Shown: positions 54,966 to 64,000, counted from the stretch's first letter. The stretch: 64,000 bases of DNA from Bacteroidota bacterium (GCA_023251805.1 JAHEYB010000002.1:35038-99037), one strand, 5' to 3'. Notes: generated by a model from the sequence alone, not told the origin. Translations and numbers: made by a program.

Positions 54966-55472
54966 TTATTTCATAAGCTTCATAAAAGAGCCAACCAACC
55001 AGTTTTCATCCGCTTTAATCATTTTTTCTAGGGTTCTATCAGCTTTTTGGGTAAAACGTTCTATTTCTTCGATGGTATCTACAAATGCTTTTACGTTTTT
55101 ATCGCGTTTGTCGCCATCCACTTGTTTCACCTCATCTAATACCTTAAAAATAGGTTCTAATTCGCGTTTTCTGCGCTCTTTGGCGATTTGCTTAAATACT
55201 TTCCATATATCTTTCTCCGCTGTAAAAAACTCTTTCCGCTCCCCTGATCTTGTTTCTTTGAAAACCAAACCCCAATCGATGAGTGTTCTCACGTTCATAT
55301 TGGTATTTCCTCTAGAAATCGTCAGTTCTTCCATAATATCTTCTGCACTTAATGCATCAGGAGAAACCAATAACAAAGCATGTACCTGTGCCATCGTACG
55401 ATTAATTCCCCAGCTGGTTCCCAATGTTCCCCAGGCGTTGATGAATTTTTCTTTGCTTTCTACTAACTTCAT
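54966..55472 (-). CDS. GbsR/MarR-type winged-helix transcriptional regulator
   Basis: INAWGTLGTSWGINRTMAQVHALLLVSPDALSAEDIMEELTISRGNTNMNVRTLIDWGLV is the GbsR-family wHTH. Start at ATG 55472 (MKLVESKEKF); the track's 55493 is an alternative. Confidence 0.65.
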   Translation of the reverse strand: MKLVESKEKFINAWGTLGTSWGINRTMAQVHALLLVSPDALSAEDIMEELTISRGNTNMNVRTLIDWGLVFKETRSGERKEFFTAEKDIWKVFKQIAKERRKRELEPIFKVLDEVKQVDGDKRDKNVKAFVDTIEEIERFTQKADRTLEKMIKADENWLVGSFMKLMK

Positions 55473-55555
55473 TTTATTGTTATTACGATACAAATGTACA
55501 ACTATTTTCCAACTTTCAAAACTTTCTGAAACTTTATTTTAATTTTTTTATAAAA

Positions 55556-55600
55556 AGGCCCCGTTTCTCGGCTTTGCTCGAAATGACAACGGGGCTTTTT
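55556..55600. terminator. rho-independent terminator after the type-B CTD cargo gene
   Basis: GGCCCCGTT...AACGGGGCTTTTTATT stem with an internal loop. Confidence 0.5.
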
Positions 55601-55610
55601 ATTGGTTTTT

Positions 55611-58600
55611 CTATCTGTTTCCTAAAAGTTGTAAATAACCCTTATTGTCAAATCCTTTTCCGTTTATCGATTCTGCTTTTACAATATAGAAGTAGGTTCC
55701 ATCATTTGAATCGCCTCCATCCCAGCTCTTAGTAATATCGTCTGACTCAAACACTTTTTCTCCCCAACGATTGTAAATTGAAATGGAGAATGTTTTTATT
55801 CCGTTAGCTGAAATTACAAAGAAATCGTTTACTCCGTCTCCGTTTGGAGTAAACACGTTTGGAATATCTAAATCACAATCTAATAAAACATCTACCACAA
55901 CAGTATCAATTGTCATAAATCCACAAGCATCTACCACTTGCACTTGATAAATGTTTGTTGCGGGAACAGATGGTGTAACTTGAGCAGAAGAAGAATTTGC
56001 ATTTTGAATAGAATCTCCTGCATAGCCCGAAATGATTGTCCATGTATATGTATTGCTTCCAAAACCACCGGTACTTGATGATGCCAAACTAAATGGTGAA
56101 CCAACACAAACCTCTTGGTTGACTCCGGCACTCGCGTTCAGCGGTCCTACAACTGGTACAAATACTGTCACGCTATCAACGCCTGCACCAGCTGCACATT
56201 GACTAGTTCCTGAAACAGTATACGTTGTTGTAACAAACGGACTAGCAATCGGGTTTGCGATTAATGGATTTGATAATGTTCCTCCAGGAGACCAAACAAA
56301 TTGTGTTGCTCCTGTTGCATTCAAGTTTGTTGGTGTGCCAGGACAAATAGTCACATCGGTTCCGGCATCTACGGAAAGCGTTGTAACGTTTGCTAGAACA
56401 TCCACATATGCTGTATCAAAACATCCGCTGGTTGTGTCGGTAACAATAACATAATAGGATGTTGTTCCATTAGGAGGTGTTGCTCCTGTAGTTTGAGTTG
56501 TAGGACTAAATACTCCTCCGGTGCCCGGTGCCCAAACATAACTATATACACTTGAATCGGGAGCTGCTCCACAATAGTGAAATTGAACATTTGGTCGGTT
56601 GCTGATGGCAGTAGCAAATCCTAAATCGGGGCACATTGGTGATGAGTCACTCAAATTATACAAACACGATACAAATGGTGTGGTAGTATATTGCGATGAA
56701 CAGCTTTGTGTATAATTTGGATATGGTGGTCCTTCATTGAAACAAATTTCAACAATTAAATTTGAAATTCCATCCCACTCGTAAGCAACATCAAAAGGGT
56801 GTGCGTTCCAACCAACTGCTACCGTATAATTTTTAGGTGTGTACACATTCGACAATCCTGTTACCCAAGTTGACAATGCTGTTAAACTTGTACAACCCAT
56901 ATTGATAGTGTATTGATGGTACAAAGAAATGCCATTAATAGCCATAACATTAAAATCAATCTGATCAATTTTTCCTCCGGTAATTCCAACTGCATTTAAT
57001 TCAGATGCTCTGAATAACATTTGGTGTTTTCCGGAAGTATACCAGTTTGCATATGGCGCAGGCCATGTTGTTGCTGTGTTTGTTGCTGTTCCTGTTCCCA
57101 CTTGTGCTACTAATGCAGCAGAACATCCAACAGGATTTGTTCCGCAAACAGAAGGAACACTCGCTCCGAAAGTAACACCAAGGTTAACAGTATCGCCTAC
57201 ACAAATAACAGAATCTGAAACATAAGAAACCGGATTTGGCGGATAGCTTGCATTTATAGTAATTGTAGCCGTATCCGTTTTTATACAACCAAGCGGACTA
57301 GTAATTTGAACATAATAAGTATATGTTCCAGGGCTTGTAATTGTTGCTGTCGGATTTGAAATGGATGGATTATCTAAATAAGTTGATGGCGACCAAACGT
57401 AAGTATAAATACCGCTTGGTGATGATGTAGCATCAAACTGAATCGGCTGCAACAAGCAAGATGTAGAAGCACTTTGTACAGTTGTTAAAGTAAAATCAGC
57501 AACAATGGTAACTGTTACTGTATCTCTGTTTACACAGGTTCCACTTAAATCACTTACCACTTCGTATACTGTTGTAGAAACTGGTGAAGCCACGGGATTG
57601 TCGCAAGGGTTACAAGAAAAATTTGTTCCAATCACCATTGGCGGTCCGCTTAAAACACTCCAAGTAAACACGTTTCCGCCTGTTCCCGCAAGAGTTGCAG
57701 TTTGAGTTCCACAAATAATTTGATCAGGACCACCAAGTGTTCTTGGGTTTACATTTACGTCATAAACAAATGTTTGTTGTCCCATAACCGGACAAGCGCC
57801 ATCGTTAACAGTAACAGAAAAATTTGTGTTGGTTCCAGCACTTCCTCCCGGGGCTGTCCAGCTGATAGTGGCAACCAAAGGGTTTGTTCCTGTGAATGTT
57901 ATTGTTGCTCCGGGTAATACTGCTAAAATATTTGTGACAATTGATAATGAATCGCCCGCATCTGAATCGGTGTAGGTGGCTGTAAATGTAAAGTTCGCTC
58001 CTTCGCACATTTCAATCTGATAAGGTCCCGCCATTACAGCCGTACCTGTCAGACCTGTGATTGCCCCTGCTGTTGGAGCGGGGTCGGGAACTTGATTGGC
58101 ACATGTTTGTACAATAAATTGAATGTCGCGCATCACCGTACCGATAAGATTTCCGGAGGCATCGTATTCCTGGACCAGAACAACTACCACAAAATTTCCT
58201 AGCGTCATAGGAGTAAAAGTTAATTGTCCGGTTAGTGGGTCAATCACAATTCCCGGAATTGGGGCTGTTGCTGAATAACCAGCGGTATATGTTAGCATTG
58301 TTGCTCCGGCACCCATTGCGTTTATCAAAGAAAAATAAAGCGAGTCTCCATCTGCTTCTATTACACCATAATTGTAGTTTACTAATTGTCCTTGACACAC
58401 ATATGGAATTGGCTGAGAAGTAAAATAGGGAGAGTTATTACAAGAATCGGTTACACTATTTAATGTTGCTTCTATGTAGGATGATTGACTAGAAGGAGCG
58501 GTAAGATTGATGATGGCCCCATTTCTGCAACACACGTTCCAGCTCATATTCCATGTATCGCAAGGAGGCGCAAGAGTAACAACTCCCGTAAAATTAAATA

Positions 58601-58922
58601 CCCACATTCCCGGCAATGTACCGCCACTACAAGTACTGTTTCCAATTTGTGCAGGACACAATTGAGAGATTTCTGTTCCACCAGGATTAGTAACGTTAAC
58701 CGATGCTGTAACACTTCCACCGCAAGTGCTTGTGCATGTAATAGTTTGTGTAACACCCGGGTCAAAACCAAGACAGTCAACAAATAAATTTAAGTTTAGC
58801 TGGTATTGATTTCCTCCTAAGCAAGTATAGCTTAAGTCGCCTCCTGCAATGTGAGAAGCTTTTGCAGAATTTGTAAAAAAGATTCCAAGCGAGAGTAGAA
58901 AAAGAAGTGTAATTTTTTTCAT
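55611..58922 (-). CDS. large (1103 aa) T9SS cargo protein with gliding-motility-associated (type-B) C-terminal domain; probable adhesin
   Basis: Signal peptide MKKITLLFLLSLGIFFTNSAKA, then SHIAGGDLSYTCLGGNQYQLNLNLFVDCLG (typical N-terminus of CHU-type large proteins) and Thr/Ser/Gly-rich Ig-like modules. C-terminus CDLDIPNVFTPNGDGVNDFFVI...IYNRWGEKVFES...GTYFYIV...GYLQLLGNR matches the type-B CTD. Confidence 0.8.
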   Translation of the reverse strand: MKKITLLFLLSLGIFFTNSAKASHIAGGDLSYTCLGGNQYQLNLNLFVDCLGFDPGVTQTITCTSTCGGSVTASVNVTNPGGTEISQLCPAQIGNSTCSGGTLPGMWVFNFTGVVTLAPPCDTWNMSWNVCCRNGAIINLTAPSSQSSYIEATLNSVTDSCNNSPYFTSQPIPYVCQGQLVNYNYGVIEADGDSLYFSLINAMGAGATMLTYTAGYSATAPIPGIVIDPLTGQLTFTPMTLGNFVVVVLVQEYDASGNLIGTVMRDIQFIVQTCANQVPDPAPTAGAITGLTGTAVMAGPYQIEMCEGANFTFTATYTDSDAGDSLSIVTNILAVLPGATITFTGTNPLVATISWTAPGGSAGTNTNFSVTVNDGACPVMGQQTFVYDVNVNPRTLGGPDQIICGTQTATLAGTGGNVFTWSVLSGPPMVIGTNFSCNPCDNPVASPVSTTVYEVVSDLSGTCVNRDTVTVTIVADFTLTTVQSASTSCLLQPIQFDATSSPSGIYTYVWSPSTYLDNPSISNPTATITSPGTYTYYVQITSPLGCIKTDTATITINASYPPNPVSYVSDSVICVGDTVNLGVTFGASVPSVCGTNPVGCSAALVAQVGTGTATNTATTWPAPYANWYTSGKHQMLFRASELNAVGITGGKIDQIDFNVMAINGISLYHQYTINMGCTSLTALSTWVTGLSNVYTPKNYTVAVGWNAHPFDVAYEWDGISNLIVEICFNEGPPYPNYTQSCSSQYTTTPFVSCLYNLSDSSPMCPDLGFATAISNRPNVQFHYCGAAPDSSVYSYVWAPGTGGVFSPTTQTTGATPPNGTTSYYVIVTDTTSGCFDTAYVDVLANVTTLSVDAGTDVTICPGTPTNLNATGATQFVWSPGGTLSNPLIANPIASPFVTTTYTVSGTSQCAAGAGVDSVTVFVPVVGPLNASAGVNQEVCVGSPFSLASSSTGGFGSNTYTWTIISGYAGDSIQNANSSSAQVTPSVPATNIYQVQVVDACGFMTIDTVVVDVLLDCDLDIPNVFTPNGDGVNDFFVISANGIKTFSISIYNRWGEKVFESDDITKSWDGGDSNDGTYFYIVKAESINGKGFDNKGYLQLLGNR

Positions 58923-58963
58923 TTGTGTGGCGATTTGAAATTATTGACAAAAATACAAAAAAC

Positions 58964-59003
58964 AAAAACGGTATCAAAACCAGAGATGGTTGATACCTTT
59001 TTG
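58964..59003. terminator. rho-independent terminator after the sigma/anti-sigma operon
   Basis: GGTATCAAAACC-agagatgg-TTGATACC followed by TTTTTTGTTTT. Confidence 0.5.
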
Positions 59004-59184
59004 TTTTAATACCTATTGGAGTAGCAACAGGTTTCAAAATATTTTTTAAAAAATTGGAGACACCGGCAACAAAAATCGTGTATGTAGTGGTGGTAGAGCT
59101 AAAAACAGGATTAATATTTTTGAATTTGTTTTTGTCTGACGTTGGACCAGACTAAAAAAATTCTTCCCGATGCCCCAATTTTTA

Positions 59185-60150
59185 TTATCTCGTTAATTTA
59201 ATTTTTCCTTCTTGTTTGTATTTTTTCCCATCAGCACCAACTGCAGAAATTACATATAAATAAGTTCCCTCGCTGGCTTTTTCGCCTTTCTTAGTTTTCC
59301 CATCCCATTTTCCATCAATTCCTTCGTATTCATAAACTACGTTTCCTTTTTTATCATAAATGGTTGCGCTCATATTTACAATGTTCTTGCTTTGAAAAGC
59401 AAAAATATCATTCACTCCATCACCATTTGGAGAAAATTCTCTTTGATTAGATACTATGGATGAATTTGCAAAGGCTTCAACCCTAACACTATCAATTGCT
59501 ACTTTGCCATCGGCTCCGGTAGATGTAAGTTTAATCATATAAATTCCCGGCTCATCAAAAGGGTATACAGGGTTTGGAGAGATAATTGGCTTTGAACCAT
59601 CGTTACAAGACCATTTGTCGGTTTTTCCGCTTCCAATATTTGACACACTCACAATAAATGGAACCGAGCCACTTACACAACTTGCGGAGATGTATGCAAT
59701 ACGATCGTTTGCCAATAATGCCTCAATGTCTTTTTTATCTTTTTTAATCTTTATCGTTCCATTTGTGTTTTTAGGCTCCACTTCGTTTTTTGCTACCTCA
59801 GGCTTTTCTTTTATTGCAAGTGTTTCTGGTGTTAGGAATGTTTTAATTTCATCCACACTTGGTTTTTTAGTTTCTGCAATAACTTTTGGTTTAGGCTCTG
59901 TTGTTTTAGGTTTTGCTGTTTCGGTTTTTGTCCCGTTCATTACAAACACGGTAGCAATAACTGCTGCTGCCGATGAAACAATGGATATTACAGCGCTAGA
60001 GCCCAATTTATTTAGAAGCATTTTTCCAAATAAACCTAAACCAACACCTTTCATAGCCGTTTGCACGTTTTTCCAAACACTTGGATTAACATCTGCTTCA
60101 AAATTCTCAAACGAATCTTTAAATAAATCTTCTATATTATCTTTCTTCAT
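59185..60150 (-). CDS. putative anti-sigma factor: cytoplasmic N-domain, one TM helix, extracytoplasmic region ending in a type-B T9SS (gliding-motility-associated) C-terminal domain
   Basis: Its start lies 2 bp after the stop of the ECF sigma gene. The N-terminus MKKDNIEDLFKDSFENFEADVNPSVWKNVQTAM is typical of Bacteroidota anti-sigma partners. TM helix is SSAVISIVSSAAAVIATVFVM. C-terminus REFSPNGDGVNDIFAF...IYDKKGNVVYEYEGIDGKWDGK...GTYLYVI...GKIKLTR aligns with the CTD of the 55611..58922 protein. Confidence 0.6.
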   Translation of the reverse strand: MKKDNIEDLFKDSFENFEADVNPSVWKNVQTAMKGVGLGLFGKMLLNKLGSSAVISIVSSAAAVIATVFVMNGTKTETAKPKTTEPKPKVIAETKKPSVDEIKTFLTPETLAIKEKPEVAKNEVEPKNTNGTIKIKKDKKDIEALLANDRIAYISASCVSGSVPFIVSVSNIGSGKTDKWSCNDGSKPIISPNPVYPFDEPGIYMIKLTSTGADGKVAIDSVRVEAFANSSIVSNQREFSPNGDGVNDIFAFQSKNIVNMSATIYDKKGNVVYEYEGIDGKWDGKTKKGEKASEGTYLYVISAVGADGKKYKQEGKIKLTR

Positions 60151-60152
60151 AA

Positions 60153-60683
60153 TTACTCCTTATCTATTGGAATGATCTTCTGTAAATGTGCTTTTGCCCT
60201 TGAGTATTGCGATTTGGATGTGCCTTCCGAAATGTTAAGCATTTCTCCAATCTCTTTGTGTGAATAACCCTCAATGGCATAAAGGTTAAATACTGTTTTA
60301 AATCCTACCGGCAATGTTTGAATTATCTTTAATAAATCCTTTGCCGCAAAGCTGTCGTTTATATAAGTATTGGATGGGAGCATAAACTCTACGCTATCCA
60401 ATTCGATGTTTTGTTTTAGTTTTTTGTTTTTCCGGATATTGGTAAGCGCAGTGTTTACCATAATCTTTCTAACCCAACCTTCTAAAGAACCCGTCCCTTT
60501 AAAGGACTCTATATTTTCAAATACGCTGATAAATCCGTTTTGTACTACATCTTCTGCCTCTTCTGTGCTGTCGCAATATCTGAGGCAAACACCCATCATT
60601 TTACGAGCAAATTTATCGTACAAGTTTCTCTGAGCAATTGCATTCTTATCGATGCACCCTTTTACTATTTGCTCATCAGTCAT
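60153..60683 (-). CDS. ECF-subfamily RNA polymerase sigma-70 factor
   Basis: Region 2 (FARKMMGVCLRYCDSTEEAEDVVQNGFISVFEN) and region 4 HTH (FNLYAIEGYSHKEIGEMLNISEGTSKSQYSRAKAHLQKI). Confidence 0.85.
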   Translation of the reverse strand: MTDEQIVKGCIDKNAIAQRNLYDKFARKMMGVCLRYCDSTEEAEDVVQNGFISVFENIESFKGTGSLEGWVRKIMVNTALTNIRKNKKLKQNIELDSVEFMLPSNTYINDSFAAKDLLKIIQTLPVGFKTVFNLYAIEGYSHKEIGEMLNISEGTSKSQYSRAKAHLQKIIPIDKE

Positions 60684-60799
60684 AATCGATTTCTGTTGTA
60701 TAGATGCAAAGTTGCATTATTTGGTTGCATCAGTAAAGTTTTTTTTAGTTTTTATCAACAAATCTTTATTTATCCATAAATCAATAGCACTTTTGGGGT

Positions 60800-63220
60800 A
60801 TGGCTAAGAAGTTTCAACGCAAAACAGAGGGAAAGAAGAAGAGCTTTTTTTTCGAAGAAATACTAAAAGTATTGTCTTCAAACCGCAATAAAGCACTCAA
60901 TTACAAGCAGATAGCAGCCGAATTAAAAATCACTGATTTTGGCCAAAGACAACTCATTAACGTTATTTTAGAAGAATTGAAGAAGAATGGTTCTGTAATT
61001 GAACCCGAACGAGGTAAATTCAAAATAAAACGCGCAGAACTTTTTGTTTCTGGCCGTGTAGACATGACTTCCACTGGGGCTGCATACATCATTTCTGAAG
61101 ATACCGAAGAAGACGTTATTGTTGCACCTAAAAAAACGCTTAATGCCATGCATGGTGATACTGTTAAAGTGCGTGTGTTCCCAAAAGGAAAAGGCAAACA
61201 AGAAGGTGAAATCATAGAAGTTATAGAGCGTGCAAAGACTGAATTTGTTGGCACATTGCAGGTTTCACCCAGATTTGCCTTTCTCGTACCTACCAACATT
61301 AAAATTCATGTCGACATTTACATCCCATTGGAAAAGTTGAATGGCGCTAAAGATGGGCAAAAAGCCATTGCAAAAGTTATCGAGTGGCCTAAAAATGGTG
61401 TTAATCCTATTGGTGAAATTAAAAGTGTGTTGGGTGATGTTGGTGAAAACAATACGGAAATGCATGCAATTTTGGCGGAATACGGACTTCCATACGAATT
61501 TCCAAAAGATGTAGAACGCGCTGCCGACCTCATTCCTATTAAAATTACACAAGAAGAAATCGCAAAAAGACGTGACTTCAGAAAAACCACCACATTCACC
61601 ATTGATCCGGTGGATGCAAAAGATTTCGATGATGCACTTTCCATACAAAAATTAAAGAATGGAAACTGGGAAATAGGCGTTCACATTGCCGATGTAAGCC
61701 ATTACGTGAAGCCCGATTCGATGATTGACAAAGAAGCAATTTCGCGCGCTACTTCTGTATACCTTGTAGACAGAGTTGTTCCGATGCTTCCCGAAGTTTT
61801 ATCAAACAATGTTTGTTCTCTTCGACCGAATGAAGAAAAATTGTGTTTCTCTTCTGTGTTTGAAATGACGGACGATGCAGAGGTGGTAGCAGAATGGTTT
61901 GGCAGAACAATTATTAATTCCGACAGACGCTTTACATACGAAGAAGCCCAACAGGTAATAGAAACAGAGGAAGGCGATTTTAAAGAAGAAGTTTTAACCT
62001 TAGATAGGTTAGCAAAAATATTACGCAACAATCGTTTTAAGAAAGGAAGTATTGCGTTTGAAAAAATGGAAGTGAAATTTCATTTGGATGAAGTTGGAAA
62101 TCCTACGGGAGTATTTTTTAAAGTAGCGAAAGATTCCAATCAATTGATTGAAGATTTTATGCTTCTAGCCAATAGAAAAGTCGCAGAGTTTGTTGGGAAA
62201 AAAAAGAGTGAAAGAGGAGAAAATCATAAGTCAAAAGAAAACAATAAAGAACCTCAACGGCCTTTTGTATATCGTATTCACGACAAACCGAATCCAGATA
62301 AGTTGCAAAATTTTTCGGAATTTGTGGCGAAGTTTGGTTATAAATTAAACGTGAAAAACATCAACACGGTTGCCGACTCAATGAACAACTTGTTGAAAGA
62401 AGTGAATGAGAAAAAAGAATCGGGAATGATTGAAATGCTTGCTATTCGCACCATGGCGAAGGCGGTATACACCACAAAAAATATTGGTCACTACGGATTA
62501 GGGTTTGATTATTATACACATTTTACTTCTCCTATTCGTAGATATCCTGATGTGATGGTGCACAGATTGTTGCAACATTATTTGGATGGAGGAAAAAATC
62601 CGGACATTGATAAATTGGAAGAACAGTGTAAACACTCTTCTGATATGGAGAAGCTGGCAGCAGATGCGGAGCGCTCTTCCATCAAATACAAACAAGTACA
62701 ATACTTAACGGATAAAATCGGAGAGGAGTTTGATGGTGTGATTTCGGGTGTTACGGAGTGGGGAATATTTGTAGAGATTATTGAAAATCATTGCGAAGGC
62801 ATGGTGCGTTTGCGTGAACTGCGTGACGATAATTATTATTTTGATGAAGACAATTATTGTTTGCGTGGCCGTAAATTCGGAAAAGTATTAACGCTTGGAG
62901 ATACTGTGCGTATTGAGATTAAGCGTGCCGACTTGGTAAAAAAACAATTGGATTTTGCATTGGTAGAAGTGTTTGAAGAGAAGTCAAAAGGAGAAACTCA
63001 CCCGCCTGCCGGTCGGGCAGGAAAGTCAAAAGGCGAGCAACGTTCGTTTTCAAAACGCGAACAACACAAAGCAAAAAGTAAAAATTACAAAGAGGAAATG
63101 AAGTCGGCAACGCAACGAAATGCTAATTCAAAACAAGAATCATCGCCTCCCCCTAAAAAAGAAGAGCCGAGGAAACCAACAGGGAATGCCTTTTTGGATG
63201 AATGGGGGTTTGAGGTGTAA
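60800..63220 (+). CDS. rnr: ribonuclease R (RNB-family 3'-5' exoribonuclease) with Lys-rich C-terminal tail
   Basis: N-terminal HTH/cold-shock-like region, an RNB catalytic domain (FTIDPVDAKDFDDALS; GHYGLGFDYYTHFTSPIRRYPDVMVHR), an S1 domain (GVISGVTEWGIFVEI) and a basic low-complexity tail. Confidence 0.9.
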   Translation: MAKKFQRKTEGKKKSFFFEEILKVLSSNRNKALNYKQIAAELKITDFGQRQLINVILEELKKNGSVIEPERGKFKIKRAELFVSGRVDMTSTGAAYIISEDTEEDVIVAPKKTLNAMHGDTVKVRVFPKGKGKQEGEIIEVIERAKTEFVGTLQVSPRFAFLVPTNIKIHVDIYIPLEKLNGAKDGQKAIAKVIEWPKNGVNPIGEIKSVLGDVGENNTEMHAILAEYGLPYEFPKDVERAADLIPIKITQEEIAKRRDFRKTTTFTIDPVDAKDFDDALSIQKLKNGNWEIGVHIADVSHYVKPDSMIDKEAISRATSVYLVDRVVPMLPEVLSNNVCSLRPNEEKLCFSSVFEMTDDAEVVAEWFGRTIINSDRRFTYEEAQQVIETEEGDFKEEVLTLDRLAKILRNNRFKKGSIAFEKMEVKFHLDEVGNPTGVFFKVAKDSNQLIEDFMLLANRKVAEFVGKKKSERGENHKSKENNKEPQRPFVYRIHDKPNPDKLQNFSEFVAKFGYKLNVKNINTVADSMNNLLKEVNEKKESGMIEMLAIRTMAKAVYTTKNIGHYGLGFDYYTHFTSPIRRYPDVMVHRLLQHYLDGGKNPDIDKLEEQCKHSSDMEKLAADAERSSIKYKQVQYLTDKIGEEFDGVISGVTEWGIFVEIIENHCEGMVRLRELRDDNYYFDEDNYCLRGRKFGKVLTLGDTVRIEIKRADLVKKQLDFALVEVFEEKSKGETHPPAGRAGKSKGEQRSFSKREQHKAKSKNYKEEMKSATQRNANSKQESSPPPKKEEPRKPTGNAFLDEWGFEV
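62981..63034. repeat. miniature hairpin element with flanking direct repeats, embedded in-frame in the rnr 3' region
   Basis: GAAGTCAAAAGG-AGAAACTCACCCGCCTGCCGGTCGGGCAGG-AAAGTCAAAAGG. The core is identical to the nuoB-nuoC spacer copy (32867-32928, opposite orientation). It encodes ...SKGETHPPAGRAGKSKGEQ... in the RNase R tail. Confidence 0.55.
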
Positions 63221-63227
63221 AACAAAA

Positions 63228-63262
63228 ACGCCACTCTTTCGGAATGGCGTCTAAAAAATATC
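63228..63262 (-). terminator. rho-independent terminator of the response-regulator gene
   Basis: On the minus strand, ACGCCATTCCGAAAGAGTGGCGT is followed by TTTTGTTTTA. Confidence 0.45.
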
Positions 63263-63295
63263 TGTGAAAATCTGTGTAATCTGTGGTAAAAACCC

Positions 63296-64000
63296 TTAAA
63301 TCATATTCAATCTCTTAGCTAAATCATCTTTATAAGAGCCACCGATTGGAATTAATTTTTTGTCTTCTTCCAAAATTAAATTCGGTTGTTCAATGGCAAC
63401 GATTTTGTCGATGCGAACGATGAAAGAGCGGTGCACACGAATGAAATCGGTTGTAGGCAATTTCTTTTCAATGTCTTTCATTGTGCTGTGGATAGTGTAA
63501 CGTGCACTGTTGGTGTTTATAACCACATAATCTTTTAATGCTTCCACAAAATAAATATCGCTGGTTTTTACTTTTACCAAACGAGAATTTGATTTCACGA
63601 AAATGATGTCTTTTGATTCTTTGTTTTCTACGATTGAGTATAAGAAATCCCGTTCTTTTTTTACATCTGTTTCTTTCTCGTGCTTGTATATCGCCATTTC
63701 AATAGAAGTGTGTAAATCAATTTCTTTGAAAGGTTTAATGATATATCCGTAAGGCTCCGAAACTTTTGCTTTACTTAGAGTGCTTTCATCCGCGTAAGCT
63801 GTCAAATAAATAATAGGAATATTATATTTTTCACGAATTTGTCCGGCTGCTTCAATCCCGCTCATATCGCCTTTTAGCATGATGTCCATCAATACCAAGT
63901 CTGGTTTTGTTTCTTCAGCAGTTTTAATGGCATCTTCTCCTGTTGAACACATTCCAACTACTGTGTATCCGAGCTTTTTAAGGCTATGTTGAATATCTTT
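63296..64000 (-). CDS. LytTR-family two-component response regulator (REC + LytTR DNA-binding domain); 5' end beyond window
   Basis: REC motifs (DLVLMDIMLKGDMSGIEA; IIYLTAYADE) and C-terminal LytTR (VKTSDIYFVEALKDYVVINT...FIRVHRSFIV). The reading frame stays open upstream of the track ATG through position 64000 (…KDIQHSLKKLGYTVVG-MCSTG…). Confidence 0.8.
   Translation of the reverse strand, partial: KDIQHSLKKLGYTVVGMCSTGEDAIKTAEETKPDLVLMDIMLKGDMSGIEAAGQIREKYNIPIIYLTAYADESTLSKAKVSEPYGYIIKPFKEIDLHTSIEMAIYKHEKETDVKKERDFLYSIVENKESKDIIFVKSNSRLVKVKTSDIYFVEALKDYVVINTNSARYTIHSTMKDIEKKLPTTDFIRVHRSFIVRIDKIVAIEQPNLILEEDKKLIPIGGSYKDDLAKRLNMI

Noticed and set aside
54943-55542. + strand 199-aa ORF
   Set aside because: Antisense to the GbsR-type regulator, which has a clear winged-HTH domain. 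The + frame is Ser/Leu-rich low complexity.
60901-62031. Several minus-strand ORFs (132, 127, 108, 109 aa) inside rnr
   Set aside because: Embedded antisense to the strongly supported RNase R gene. No motifs.

Overview
This window looks like low-GC Bacteroidota chromosome (Flavobacteriia/Sphingobacteriia-like). Supporting signs: (1) no Shine-Dalgarno sequences and TAnnTTTG-type -7 boxes; (2) three proteins with type-A T9SS C-terminal sorting domains and two with type-B (gliding-motility-associated) CTDs; (3) an exbB-exbD-exbD-tonB cluster with an orphan PstS-like binding protein and a TPR protein. In order, the window holds the following.
- 1-4.3 kb: an M1 aminopeptidase (3' partial) and a C10 (streptopain-like) peptidase fused to PKD, a BNR propeller and a T9SS CTD.
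- 4.4-10 kb: a biotin-carrier-domain protein, a Tat-exported Fe/Mn SOD, a PfkB kinase, tRNA-Asn(GTT), a secreted 18-aa-repeat protein and the Kup K+ transporter.
- 10-16 kb: the TPR protein, the PstS-like protein, two small paralogous membrane proteins and tonB-exbD-exbD-exbB, all on the minus strand.
- 16.5-19.3 kb: two tandem dedA paralogues and a DAACS symporter.
- 19.4-34.4 kb: a complete 14-gene complex I operon, nuoA-N, on the minus strand. It carries three inserted ORFs (two four-helix-bundle/IVS-family genes, one with an in-frame stop, and one secreted Cys-rich hypothetical between nuoA and nuoB) and many structured intergenic repeats.
- 34.5-42 kb: a 2503-aa T9SS adhesin-like giant with 11 tandem 81-aa repeats.
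- 42.5-55.5 kb: PIN-PhoH ATPase, T9SS beta-propeller protein, an HMBD mini-lipoprotein, a SIMPL protein, a non-specific endonuclease, SixA, ppk1-ppx, an SRPBCC/YfcH/membrane-protein cluster and a GbsR-like regulator.
- 55.6-64 kb: a 1103-aa type-B CTD cargo protein, an ECF sigma/anti-sigma pair in which the anti-sigma itself carries a type-B CTD, RNase R and a LytTR response regulator (5' partial).
Dispersed small repeat families are REP-like hairpins (CTTCGAC..GCTCAGNGTGACG), C-run/G-run hairpins, GTCAAAAG octamer arrays, and a about 40-bp GC hairpin element with flanking direct repeats that sits in-frame in the rnr tail. Hand-mapped coordinates (repeats, terminators, revised starts) may be off by 1-3 bp. 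No CRISPR array, integrase/transposase or rRNA gene was seen.
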